Source of the DNA: Kiritimatiellia bacterium
GTDB lineage: Bacteria > Verrucomicrobiota > Kiritimatiellia > JAAZAB01
Length of the DNA stretch: 64,000 nucleotides
Assembly (NCBI GenBank): GCA_028715905.1
Contig: JAQUQV010000002.1
Coordinates: 15,979-79,978 of the forward strand
Direction of reading: 5' to 3'
Shown here: positions 55,781 through 64,000 of the stretch, one piece after another
Layout: each line of letters begins with the position of its first letter
Position numbering within the stretch: position 1 is the first letter of the stretch
Made by a program: the position numbers and the translations under genes
Notes under the pieces: generated by a model
Told to the model about the DNA's origin: nothing
Database searches by the model: none
The model's input: only the letters and a program-made list of their open reading frames with translations

Positions 55781-57151
55781 TTACCGGGGATTCTTCAGCA
55801 GTTCAAGGCCTTCCTTGACAAAATTGTCCAGGAAGGCGGTGTTATACTTGCCGCGCCTGAATGAAGCGTCGTTCATAAGGGCTTGCCCGAGCGGCACGGT
55901 GGTTTTCGGGCCTTCTATCATGAATTCGCCGAGCGCGCCGTACATGCGGTTGATCGCCTCCGCGCGGGTCGCGCCCTGCACGATGATTTTGCCGATCAGG
56001 CTGTCATAATACGGCAGGATTTCATAGCTTGGATAAACGTGCGAGTCCACCCTGATCCCGGGACCGCCCGGAAAATGAATCCATTCCACCTTGCCGGGCG
56101 AGGGCGCGAAATTATGAAAAGGGTCTTCGGCGTTCACCCGCCATTCAATCACATGTCCGACAGGATTGATATCCTTCTGGCTGAAGGAGAGCTTTTCGCC
56201 GGCGGCGATCCTGATCTGTTCTTTGACCAGGTCCAGATCGGTTGCCATTTCAGTCACGGGGTGTTCAACCTGGATGCGCGTGTTCATCTCCATGAAATAA
56301 AAGCGGCCGGAGCGGTCAAGGAGGAACTCAATAGTGCCGGCGTTGCGGTAATTTATGGCCTCGGCCGCGCGGACGGCGAGTTTGCCCATTTTCCGGCGCT
56401 GGTCGGAAGTAAGCGCCGGACAGGGGGTTTCCTCCAGCAGTTTCTGGTGGCGCCGCTGGATGCTGCAATCCCTTTCGCCGAGCTGGACAACGTTGCCGTG
56501 ATGATCGGCAATGATTTGGATTTCAACGTGCCGGGCGTCGTCAAGGTATTTTTCAACATAAACCGCCCCGTTGCCGAAAGCGCGCTCCGCCTCGGAGCTG
56601 GCCATGATAAAAGCCTGGGCCAGGCTGACGTCGTTATGGGCGATGCGCATGCCTTTTCCCCCGCCGCCGGCCGCGGCTTTAATCAAGACCGGATAGCCGG
56701 CTTTCCGGGCCGCTTCCAGGGCTTCTTCCTGCGTTTTCAAAACCGTGTCGCTGCCCGGGATCGGCAGAATGCCGTACTTGCGCATTGTTTCCCGCGCCAC
56801 GGATTTATCGCCCATGCGCTGGATATTTTCGGACGAGGGCCCGATAAAGGCGATGTTGCAGCTTGTGCAAATCTGGGCAAAGTGCGCGTTTTCCGCGAGG
56901 AAGCCGTATCCCGGATGAATGGCGTCAACATCCGTCACTTCGGCCGCGCTGATGATATTGGAAATTTTCAGGTAGCTCTCATTGGCCGGGGCCGGACCAA
57001 TGCAGATTGCCTCGTCGGCCAGTTGGACATGCAGCGATTTCTCGTCCGCTTCCGAATAAACGGCAACGGTCTTGATGCCCATCTCGCGGCAGGCCCGGAT
57101 GATTCGCAGCGCTATCTCGCCGCGGTTGGCAATTAAAATTCGGTTGAACAT
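55781..57151 (-). CDS. accC: Acetyl-CoA carboxylase biotin carboxylase subunit
   Basis: Full-length ATP-grasp biotin carboxylase homology. Confidence 0.95.
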   Translation of the reverse strand: MFNRILIANRGEIALRIIRACREMGIKTVAVYSEADEKSLHVQLADEAICIGPAPANESYLKISNIISAAEVTDVDAIHPGYGFLAENAHFAQICTSCNIAFIGPSSENIQRMGDKSVARETMRKYGILPIPGSDTVLKTQEEALEAARKAGYPVLIKAAAGGGGKGMRIAHNDVSLAQAFIMASSEAERAFGNGAVYVEKYLDDARHVEIQIIADHHGNVVQLGERDCSIQRRHQKLLEETPCPALTSDQRRKMGKLAVRAAEAINYRNAGTIEFLLDRSGRFYFMEMNTRIQVEHPVTEMATDLDLVKEQIRIAAGEKLSFSQKDINPVGHVIEWRVNAEDPFHNFAPSPGKVEWIHFPGGPGIRVDSHVYPSYEILPYYDSLIGKIIVQGATRAEAINRMYGALGEFMIEGPKTTVPLGQALMNDASFRRGKYNTAFLDNFVKEGLELLKNPR

Positions 57152-57161
57152 ATGTTAAATC

Positions 57162-57267
57162 AGGCACAAAGTAACAAAGGCACAGAGGCACAAAGTTTGT
57201 TCAGCAAACATCTTCTTAAATGTTCTTATCACTTTGTGCCTTTGTCCCTTCTGCCTGTGTGCCTTTC
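57162..57267. repeat. Structured accB-accC spacer: a large imperfect inverted repeat built from reiterated GGCACAnAG units
   Basis: Left arm caggcacaaagtaacaaaggcacagaggcacaaagt; right arm cactttgtgcctttgtcccttctgcctgtgtgcctttc. A 33-nt loop. It fills the entire 117-bp intergenic gap. Confidence 0.4.
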
Positions 57268-57268
57268 T

Positions 57269-57715
57269 TTAGATTTTTTCAATCCTGAACAAGGGCTGGC
57301 CATACTGGACCGGGTGGGCGTTTTCCACAAGAATCGCGCGCACAATGCCGCGGATTTCCGCCTTGATTTCGTTCATAACCTTCATGGCCTCCACGATGCA
57401 CAAAACCGTGTCCGCATTCACCTCCTGGCCTTCGGCCACATAGGGATCGGCGTCCGGCGAGGGCGCCCGGTAAAAGGTGCCGACAAACGGGGCCTTAATT
57501 TCCACGCAATTATTTTGCGCGGCGTCCGGAGCGGGCGGGGCGGTTTCCGCCGGCTTGGTCGCCGGCGGCGGAGCAGCCGCCTGCACCGTATGGATGACCT
57601 GGCCGGACGGGCCTTTCTTGATCAGCAGCCGCACGCCGTTTTTTTCAAGTTCAAACTCGTTCAAGCCGTTTTCATTCATCAAATCAATGATCTGCCTTAT
57701 CTCTTCCAGTTCCAT
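57269..57715 (-). CDS. accB: Biotin carboxyl carrier protein
   Basis: The EAMKVMN biotinyl-lysine motif and a Pro/Ala-rich linker. Confidence 0.9.
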   Translation of the reverse strand: MELEEIRQIIDLMNENGLNEFELEKNGVRLLIKKGPSGQVIHTVQAAAPPPATKPAETAPPAPDAAQNNCVEIKAPFVGTFYRAPSPDADPYVAEGQEVNADTVLCIVEAMKVMNEIKAEIRGIVRAILVENAHPVQYGQPLFRIEKI

Positions 57716-57717
57716 AT

Positions 57718-58179
57718 TTACCTCTTTTGTCTTTTCTTTTTGCGCTTTCCGGAAAGATAATCAATCAGGGCGATGAGCGCCAGTTCATAACTTAAAACCC
57801 CGAACCCCATGATCTGTCCCAGACAGACCGCCGCCGTCAGGCTGAAGCGCCGGAACTCCTCGCGGCCGGCGGTGTTGGAAAGATGCACCTCAACGCAGGG
57901 AACCTGCACGGATTGAAGGGCGTCCCGCAAGGCGATGCTTGTATGCGTGTAGGCGCCCGGATTGAAAATAATGCCGTCATAGACTCCTTCGCTGGCGCCG
58001 ATTTTGGCAACGAGCGCCCCTTCAATATCACTCTGGAAAGAGCATATTTTTGCCCCGCTTGCCCCGGCCCGCGCCTGGAGAACGCGTTCTATGTCGGCCA
58101 GAGTCGCCGTTCCATAAATGCCCGGCTCGCGTTTGCCGAGCCGTCCCAGATTCGGGCCGTTCAATAAAAGAATTTTTAA
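57718..58179 (-). CDS. aroQ: Type II 3-dehydroquinate dehydratase
   Basis: LLLNGPNLGRLG and the conserved HLSN motif. Confidence 0.85.
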   Translation of the reverse strand, partial: LKILLLNGPNLGRLGKREPGIYGTATLADIERVLQARAGASGAKICSFQSDIEGALVAKIGASEGVYDGIIFNPGAYTHTSIALRDALQSVQVPCVEVHLSNTAGREEFRRFSLTAAVCLGQIMGFGVLSYELALIALIDYLSGKRKKKRQKR

Positions 58180-58390
58180 CATGCCCCCCATTATCCCTAT
58201 TTACCGCTCCAGGCCAAGCATTTTTTTTGCCCTGGAAGACGAAAAAAATCCGGCGCGGTTTTTGTCCGCAGACAATTTTCGGCAAACCCATGCCCGTCCG
58301 CAGGGTCTTTGCGTCGGCCGCCGCCGGGCAATGTGCGGAAATTAACGCCGTTATGGCATGACGGTTCGCATGTTTTTCTTTTTCCCGGCG

Positions 58391-59092
58391 TTAAAGGCGC
58401 TGCTCTTCGCCCTCCAATGCCGCCGGATGCGCGGCCGGGGGACTGTTTATCTTTTTATACGCGCTGAAATATTCAAAACGCAGGCAGCATTTCAGCCGCC
58501 CGCACATGCCGTTGATTGATGTCTGGCGCATGGGCAGGCCCTGGTTCTTTGCCAGGCTCATGTGCACGTTTTCAAACTTCTGCAGCCAGCTCTTGCAGCA
58601 CATGACCCGCCCGCAGGAAGCCATGCCGCCGCGCAGGGCGGCCGCGTCGCGCGCGCCGATCTGATTCATCTCCACCCGGGCATGGAGTTCGTCGGCCAGC
58701 GCCTGTACCAGTTGGCGGTAGTCAATTCTTTCCTCGGCGGTGAACATAACCATCAGGCGGGAACGGTCAAACGTGTAGTGGACCCGGATCAGCCGCAGGG
58801 GGAGATTGCCGGCGGCGACTTTTTCCTGGCAGATTCGCCATGCGTTTTTGGATAAGAGGATGTTTTCATGCGCCACGGCCTGGTCCTGCAGGGTTGCCCG
58901 TCTCATCACCATGGGGGCGGCGCCGCTTGTCTCCGCGGCGCCGTTGCGGGTCTCCATGATCACGCGTCCGAATTCCAGGTGATTTTCCTTTTGAACGATG
59001 CATTCGTCGCCCTTGTTAATGGCGAGGACCGGGGAGACGTTGCATTGCCACAAATGAATGTCTCCGCAGTCAACGTGAAGCAGACGAAACAT
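58391..59092 (-). CDS. PSP1 C-terminal domain protein (RicT/YaaT-like)
   Basis: A PSP1 domain with a CGRVMCC cysteine motif, immediately downstream of holB as in many bacteria. Confidence 0.7.
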   Translation of the reverse strand: MFRLLHVDCGDIHLWQCNVSPVLAINKGDECIVQKENHLEFGRVIMETRNGAAETSGAAPMVMRRATLQDQAVAHENILLSKNAWRICQEKVAAGNLPLRLIRVHYTFDRSRLMVMFTAEERIDYRQLVQALADELHARVEMNQIGARDAAALRGGMASCGRVMCCKSWLQKFENVHMSLAKNQGLPMRQTSINGMCGRLKCCLRFEYFSAYKKINSPPAAHPAALEGEEQRL

Positions 59093-60113
59093 TTTCCCTT
59101 TCCCCGCAGGGGCGGCATGCGGCATTGGTGTTGGCAGCCAGTTGCAGAAACGCCCTTTCTATAACCATGTTTTCGGGCAGATATTGGTCAAGGCATGCCT
59201 GCGCTTTCTCAACCGCGGCTATGTTATTCATTGCCTGCGGATATGTCAATCCGGATGCCGCCGCCCGGAGCCGGTCGGCATCGGAACGGTAAAACAGCAG
59301 GCTGTCATCATGCAGGCCGCTGGCGCAAATGAGCAAATCCCTCTGCCACATAATCAACAGGTGCAATACGTGGCGGCGGCGCTCGCGATAAACGGCGGCT
59401 GTTCTTCCCAGGCCTATTTCTTCCAGGTCTTCGTTCTGTTCGCCGCTTACCTGGGCCAGGCGCAGCCATTCGGCCGTCTCGTGCTCGGCCTGTTCCCGTA
59501 TTTCTTTAAGCAGGGCGAGCATTTCTTTCGCCTGGAGCAGTCCGGCCGCAGTCCCGCCGCTTGCCGCGCCGGCCGCGATCTTGGCCACGACCGGCCGCAA
59601 TTCGTCATTAGAATCAATGGCGCAATCGCTCATTGCGACCCGCTGGCAGCGGGAAGCGATGGTGGGCAGAAGGGCTTCCGGCTGATTGGAAAGCAAAAGA
59701 AAAATACTGCGCGGGGGCGGCTCTTCCAGCGTTTTCAGCAGTTTGTTCGCCGCCTCGTTGTTCATCCGTTCGGCGTCGCTGAACACAACGGCCTTCCAGC
59801 CGCCTTCAAAGGTTGTTTGAAAAGTCTGCCTGATCACTTCCTCAATCTGTTCCACCAGGATGCCGCGTGATTTTTTGATCGGCTCAATCCGGATAATATC
59901 AGGATGAATGCGTTTTGAAACCCGCCGGCAATTGTTGCAGTTTCCGCAGGGGCGTTCTGTTTTCCCGGCGCAAAAAAGCATCTGCAGGATGCTTTCCGCC
60001 AGTTGTCCGGCATTGCCGCGCGGGTCGCCGACGATCAGGTAGGCATGCCCCATCCGGCCGCCGGCAAAACTATCCTGAAATTGTTTCAGTTTATTAACGA
60101 CTTCACCGCTCAT
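59070..60113 (-). CDS. holB: DNA polymerase III delta-prime subunit
   Basis: AAA+ clamp-loader fold with the zinc module CGNCNNC and an SRC-like region. Confidence 0.8.
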   Translation of the reverse strand: MSGEVVNKLKQFQDSFAGGRMGHAYLIVGDPRGNAGQLAESILQMLFCAGKTERPCGNCNNCRRVSKRIHPDIIRIEPIKKSRGILVEQIEEVIRQTFQTTFEGGWKAVVFSDAERMNNEAANKLLKTLEEPPPRSIFLLLSNQPEALLPTIASRCQRVAMSDCAIDSNDELRPVVAKIAAGAASGGTAAGLLQAKEMLALLKEIREQAEHETAEWLRLAQVSGEQNEDLEEIGLGRTAAVYRERRRHVLHLLIMWQRDLLICASGLHDDSLLFYRSDADRLRAAASGLTYPQAMNNIAAVEKAQACLDQYLPENMVIERAFLQLAANTNAACRPCGERENVSSASR

Positions 60114-60460
60114 CCTGAATTCTTCCGCTCGTTTTGCTTTTTATATTCCCTGAAGCTATCAACCAACTGCCTGAATGAGACAGGCTTGAATTTCTCAAAG
60201 CTTTCCCGGTCCACATAAACAAAGTCGTATTTCACATCCGATTGCACATGGTTGATACGGCCCCAAGGACAGAGAGGATCCCCTTCTTCTCTTTGACTTT
60301 GGCGGACAGTCGCTTGACTACAGCATCGGCGACACGGCTGATGATCGTTTGCACGAATATGATGACACATGCAAGGCAGAGGTAGAACAGCCATTTTTCG
60401 GGTTCCGTGACCAACTTCTTGAATAGCTCGCCATCCATGATGTTTTTTCCTCATCCCCAA
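60110..60460 (-). pseudogene. Possible frameshifted small membrane-protein gene, split across two frames
   Basis: The 60232..60438 frame encodes a TM-containing N-terminus. The 60110..60460 frame encodes a hydrophilic C-terminus (VKYDFVYVDRESFEKFKP...). The frames switch around 60255..60290. Confidence 0.3.
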
Positions 60461-60467
60461 CCATTGC

Positions 60468-60545
60468 TTAACAGAATCTTTTGATCTGACAATTTGCGAT
60501 TGAGCCTTTGATCGGTCAAATTGACCGATGTCATTATCAAATTAT
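60468..60545 (+). repeat. 78-bp direct repeat R1; partner R2 at 61275..61352
   Basis: Identical 19-bp and 23-bp ends (ttaacagaatcttttgatc ... attgaccgatgtcattatcaaat) with a divergent palindromic centre. Confidence 0.55.
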
Positions 60546-60661
60546 TTGAGGATATAGTAGGCATTCGTCATGCAGAGTCAACGGCAAACTACATCCTGAC
60601 GGCGTGTGGTAATACACCCAGAAGGGCATGTGGGGAACGAAGCCGCCGCCATCTGTGGCCT

Positions 60662-60937
60662 TTAGCTGGGTTTCATTTGTCCCGTTAAATATTTGTGAAT
60701 TATACTTGAAACTAATGTTTGATAAGGTAAGCCTTCTTGAATAGCCCGTAGCTTTATATTGTTATAGTCCCAATCGGACATGCGGATGTTGATTTTTTTG
60801 ATCTTATTCAAAGCATTCCGGGCATGGGTTTGATATTTTTTTATTTCTTCCGCCATATCGGGAACAGCAACCCATTCGCCATTTTCAATTTCATTTTCCA
60901 GCGCCGCTTCTTCTTTAGTGAGCAGTAATTTTTTCAT
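60662..60937 (-). CDS. brnA: BrnA-type (CopG-like) antitoxin
   Basis: C-terminal NIRMSDWDYNNIKLRAIQEGLPYQTLVSSIIHKYL matches the BrnA family; 4-nt overlap with brnT. Confidence 0.7.
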   Translation of the reverse strand: MKKLLLTKEEAALENEIENGEWVAVPDMAEEIKKYQTHARNALNKIKKINIRMSDWDYNNIKLRAIQEGLPYQTLVSSIIHKYLTGQMKPS

Positions 60938-61221
60938 TTTTTGTCTCCAATATATTTTTTAGTTGACGCGCGGCTGGGATATATTGTTTTTAAAAAACAT
61001 GTTCCATCATGTTCTTTCACAAAGGGCACATTAAATGCATATCCTTCGCGTTCAACCACCAATATTTCTTGATTTGGTTTCTTCGGGTGCTTTAAAATTG
61101 CCCGCAAATAGCCTTCGTCTATAAGATAAATTATTTCCTCAAATGTAATGTTGCGGTTTTCTGCGAGCCATTTATTTTTCTCGGGACTCCAATTGAATTT
61201 CATGTGCTGAATATAGGACAA
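60934..61221 (-). CDS. brnT: BrnT-type (DUF497) ribonuclease toxin
   Basis: N-terminal MKFNWSPEKNKWLAENRNITFEE matches the BrnT MKFxWDxxKNxxNxxKHGVSFEE pattern. Confidence 0.75.
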   Translation of the reverse strand: MSYIQHMKFNWSPEKNKWLAENRNITFEEIIYLIDEGYLRAILKHPKKPNQEILVVEREGYAFNVPFVKEHDGTCFLKTIYPSRASTKKYIGDKK

Positions 61222-61274
61222 TGCCTATCTTTTGTCAATATCATTGTTTATCTGGTCTGGTCCGCACAGATTGA

Positions 61275-61352
61275 TTAACAGAATCTTTTGATCCGGCAAC
61301 TTGCTATTGAACCTCCGCCACGGGCGGATTGACCGATGTCATTATCAAATCA
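61275..61352 (+). repeat. 78-bp direct repeat R2
   Basis: See R1 above. It lies 54 nt upstream of the brnT start. Confidence 0.55.
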
Positions 61353-61362
61353 TTTATTTCTT

Positions 61363-61680
61363 TCACTCTTCCAATTCCAGGGCAAACCGGATAGCTGCCT
61401 GGACTTCCATCATCTTTGATTGAACAAGCGTTGTGATGACGTTCCCGAGTTTGTTTTTTGAAACAGTTTGAAAATGGTCGCAATTTACAGCACATTCTCT
61501 GGGCATTCCATCTTCCCGGGAGAGATGAACTTCGCTTGGGATGTCCCGTACGGTTGACGTGATGGGCGCTACGGTGACTTCATTCAGATATTCCATGACC
61601 GAATTCCGCGTCAAAATTAACACGGGACGGTTCTTGTCGGGGTGTTGGAATCTGTACCATCGGGCCTCGCCTCTTTTCAC
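61363..61680 (-). CDS. MazF/PemK-family endoribonuclease toxin
   Basis: RPVLILT...VTVAPITST...AVNCDHFQTVSK matches the PemK/MazF fold signature; 105 aa. Confidence 0.7.
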   Translation of the reverse strand: MKRGEARWYRFQHPDKNRPVLILTRNSVMEYLNEVTVAPITSTVRDIPSEVHLSREDGMPRECAVNCDHFQTVSKNKLGNVITTLVQSKMMEVQAAIRFALELEE

Positions 61681-61910
61681 TTTTCACCCCAGGCCTGCTC
61701 TTTTGTCCAAACATCGAATTCTCCCTTTGCAACCGGTTTGCCGGCATATCCCAGCCGGTGTTTTTGTTCCAATTGCCGCGCCTGCAACCGGCGAATTGCC
61801 AGACGAAGGGCTTCGCGAGTAAAGGCTGATCGGGTGGTCTTTGTTTCTCTGGCAACGCGATCAACTGTTTTGACGAGATTATCGTCCAGGGTCATTTGTA
61901 TGGTTCTCAT
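61677..61910 (-). CDS. Ribbon-helix-helix (CopG/MazE-like) antitoxin
   Basis: N-terminal MRTIQMTLDDNLVKTVDRVARETKTTRSAFTREALRLAI RHH motif; 4-nt overlap with the toxin gene. Confidence 0.65.
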   Translation of the reverse strand: MRTIQMTLDDNLVKTVDRVARETKTTRSAFTREALRLAIRRLQARQLEQKHRLGYAGKPVAKGEFDVWTKEQAWGEK

Positions 61911-61981
61911 GACTATATACCTTTATGTTGAGACTTATAGCTATAATACCCATTATTGATTTATTGTCCATGGCATGAGTC

Positions 61982-62005
61982 GCTTGCAAAAGTCTACTTT
62001 TGCAA
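61982..62005. promoter_or_regulatory. Perfect palindrome CTTGCAAAAG-TCTA-CTTTTGCAAG upstream of the RHH-MazF operon; candidate operator
   Basis: A 10-bp perfect inverted repeat about 70 nt upstream of the antitoxin start. Confidence 0.4.
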
Positions 62006-62008
62006 GCA

Positions 62009-62113
62009 GAATCCAGAAGTCAGAAGACAGTAGTCAGAACGACAGCACATGCCAAGATGCTTAATATCAGCGACTTGCGCTTATTCTGAATTCTGACTCC
62101 TGACTGAATTCCA
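62009..62113. repeat. Imperfect inverted repeat built from GTCAGAA/CTGAC units (arms of about 32 bp, spacer of about 45 bp)
   Basis: Left arm gaatccagaagtcagaagacagtagtcagaa; right arm ttctgaattctgactcctgactgaattc. Confidence 0.4.
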
Positions 62114-62245
62114 GCAAAACAGGAGTTTTGCAATTAACTCGCATATTTTCAATTTTTTTGAGCCAACGCCTCCTTCACCGTTTGCAAACCAGCTGCGGGA
62201 CGGCGATAATTCGACAGGTATCCGGACAGAACGGACGATTCTAAC

Positions 62246-62896
62246 TCACCGCTCAATGACATTTTTCGCCGCCTTCCAGATATCCGTTTGAACTTTTGTC
62301 ACCGGCCGCCCGGCGTTCACAATGCAAAACCGCTCCGGATTTTTTTTCGCCAGATCAAGATAACCTTCGCGGACGCGCTGATGGAAGGCCATGTTCTCGC
62401 TTTCAATCCGGTCTTTTTCGGTTCCCTGCCGCCGGTTGCGTTGGTGCAGTCTTTTGAATCCGGCGCGCAGGTCCAGATCAAGGAGAATGGTGAGGTCGGG
62501 CGCGAGTTTCTGGACCGCGAAGGCGTTGATGGCGGCGATTAATTTCAGGCTGCATCCGCGGGCGTATCCCTGATAGGCTGCCGTTGAATCCGAAAACCGG
62601 TCGCAAACGACGTGTTTTCCGAGCCGTAGAGCCGGCAAAATGACGGTTTGCACAAGCTGGGCGCGGCTGGCCATGAAAAGCAGGAGTTCCGTCCGGGGAC
62701 ACATTTTCTCGCTTCCGGCCTTGCTGCTCAGCAGGCGGCGGATAACTTCGCCGATGGACGTGCCGCCAGGTTCGCGGACTTCCGCAACTTCATGGCCGGC
62801 CGTGCGCAGTTTTTCCGCCAGGAGCCGCGCATGGGTGGATTTGCCGCTGCCTTCAATGCCTTCAAACGTTATCAATCTGCCGCGTTTGGATTTCAT
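62246..62896 (-). CDS. tmk: Thymidylate kinase
   Basis: P-loop FEGIEGSGKST and LID-region homology; 216 aa. Confidence 0.9.
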   Translation of the reverse strand: MKSKRGRLITFEGIEGSGKSTHARLLAEKLRTAGHEVAEVREPGGTSIGEVIRRLLSSKAGSEKMCPRTELLLFMASRAQLVQTVILPALRLGKHVVCDRFSDSTAAYQGYARGCSLKLIAAINAFAVQKLAPDLTILLDLDLRAGFKRLHQRNRRQGTEKDRIESENMAFHQRVREGYLDLAKKNPERFCIVNAGRPVTKVQTDIWKAAKNVIER

Positions 62897-62910
62897 GTTC
62901 TGTCTGCTGA

Positions 62911-64000
62911 CTACTGACTTCTTTTTTTAAGCTTAAACCCGTCCGCCGCGTCCTGGATAATCCAGCCTTTTGTTTCAATCTCCCGGCGCAGCCGGTCGGC
63001 TTCCGCCCAGTCTTTTGCCTTTCTGGCGTTCTGTCTTGACCGGGCGAGCTCCATGATGGCGCGGTCGGGTTTGTCCATGCCCCGTTTTAATACGCCCAGA
63101 ACGGCGTCCATGCCGTCCAGCGCATTGAGCGCGGCCTGGGCTTCGGCGGCGGAAAGAGCTTCGGCATTCATTTTACGGTTGCCTTCGTGAATCATGTCAA
63201 ACAAGGCCGCCAGGGCGGCGGGGAGGTTCAGATCCTCGTCCATTGCGGCGCGGAATTTCCGGAAATAATTTTCAATCCAGGCCGGATTTCCGCCAGGGCT
63301 GGTTCCGGTCTTTCCGGCGGCATCCTGCAGGCGCGCGTTAAATTCATCCAGCCGGTGCAGGGATGAACGGGCCGCCTCCAGCGCCGGAAAGGTGAAATTG
63401 AGGGATTGGCGGTAATGGGCGGAAAGGAGGACGTAGCGGATTTCGCGGCCCGAAAATCCTTTTTGGGTTAAATCGCGCAGGGTATAAAAATTTCCGAGCG
63501 ATTTTGACATCTTGCGCCCGTCCACTACGAGGTGGGCGCAATGCATCCAGTATTTGACGAAGGGTTTTCCGGTGGCCGCCTCGCTCTGGGCGATTTCGTC
63601 CTCGTGATGCGGGAATATGTTGTCAATTCCGCCGGTATGCAGGTCAAACGATTCGCCGAGATATTTCATGCTCATCGCCGAGCATTCAATGTGCCAGCCC
63701 GGGCGCCCCCTGCCCCAGGGCGAATCCCAGGCAACATCGCCGTCTTCCTCCTGATACGCTTTCCAGAGCGCAAAATCGGAGGCATTTTCCTTTTCATATT
63801 CATCCTGAGCGATCCTTGCGCCCGGCTTGAGTCCCTGCATGTCAAGATGGGCCAATTGCCCGTATTTCTTGAATCTGGCTATGCTGAAATAGACCGAGCC
63901 GTCCGCTGCGGGATAAGCGTACCTCTTGTCAATGAGCGTTTGAATGAGGGCGATCATTTCCGGAATATGTCCGGTCGCCTCCGGGTAATGCTCGGCCGGC
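62911..64000 (-). CDS. cysS: Cysteinyl-tRNA synthetase, N-terminally truncated by the window edge
   Basis: The KMSKS motif and the zinc-binding WHIECSAM region. The ORF continues past position 64000. Confidence 0.9.
   Translation of the reverse strand, partial: PAEHYPEATGHIPEMIALIQTLIDKRYAYPAADGSVYFSIARFKKYGQLAHLDMQGLKPGARIAQDEYEKENASDFALWKAYQEEDGDVAWDSPWGRGRPGWHIECSAMSMKYLGESFDLHTGGIDNIFPHHEDEIAQSEAATGKPFVKYWMHCAHLVVDGRKMSKSLGNFYTLRDLTQKGFSGREIRYVLLSAHYRQSLNFTFPALEAARSSLHRLDEFNARLQDAAGKTGTSPGGNPAWIENYFRKFRAAMDEDLNLPAALAALFDMIHEGNRKMNAEALSAAEAQAALNALDGMDAVLGVLKRGMDKPDRAIMELARSRQNARKAKDWAEADRLRREIETKGWIIQDAADGFKLKKRSQ

Noticed and set aside
60468-61352. Calling the 78-bp direct repeats integron attC sites
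   Set aside because: The conserved ends and palindromic centre are suggestive, but I could not convincingly identify RYYYAAC/GTTRRRY core sites, and no integrase is in the window. It is kept as a hypothesis only.
62897-62931. A third copy of the ctgactactgac motif at the tmk/cysS junction
   Set aside because: It lies mostly within the last codons of cysS (…KLKKRSQ) and resembles the island-border repeat only loosely; probably coincidence.
1-64000. CRISPR arrays, rRNA, tRNA, tmRNA, RNase P and SRP RNA
   Set aside because: I scanned the intergenic regions for regularly spaced direct repeats and for hallmark motifs (GGTTCGAATCC-like T-arms, GGAAAGTCCGG, the SRP domain IV motif). None were found. 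The largest non-coding gaps are explained by promoters or repeat elements.

Overview
The window is a 64 kb GC-rich (about 60 percent) bacterial chromosomal segment. Its gene content points to the PVC superphylum (Verrucomicrobiota/Kiritimatiellota-like): many prepilin-type pseudopilins, a choice-of-anchor-Q beta-helix protein, GH130, the carboxynorspermidine polyamine pathway and LptD. The backbone is ordinary housekeeping: class I fumarase, gmhB, pyrH-frr, trxA, rfbB, dCMP deaminase, miaB, gspG pseudopilins, family-B DNA polymerase, lptD, RNase G, mreBCD-mrdA-rodA, nspC plus carboxynorspermidine dehydrogenase, aroC, a glycan-biosynthesis cluster (GT4, Gfo/Idh/MocA, B12-radical SAM, GT-C), DUF1015, Asp23/AmaP, accBC, aroQ, PSP1-holB-tmk and cysS. 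Lower-GC islands, inferred to be horizontally acquired, interrupt this backbone. (1) A promoter-equipped two-gene cassette (9.3-11.2 kb) encodes a secreted protein and a lipoprotein with a C39-like cysteine-peptidase domain fused to an extreme tyrosine-rich tandem-repeat tail. It sits on top of a decayed rtcB remnant. I rate it the most novel element in the window. (2) A 10.5 kb glycan-utilisation island (27.6-38.1 kb) carries an AraR-like regulator, GH130, two giant secreted GH42-like/CBM9-like proteins and a beta-helix protein. (3) A small defence/addiction islet holds a RhuM-type Fic/Doc gene splitting the nspC operon, followed by an AbiEi/AbiEii pair. (4) A toxin-antitoxin island (BrnT/BrnA plus RHH/MazF-like) lies between holB and tmk, bracketed by 78-bp direct repeats and inverted repeats. 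Several families of short non-coding repeats recur: a 36-bp GGCGGC-N-GCCGCC motif in three copies, a 70-bp hairpin element in two copies, REP-like GTAGG hairpins, and a structured accB-accC spacer. I found no rRNA, tRNA or CRISPR array. All calls rest on reading the sequence and the ORF translations by eye, with no database searches.
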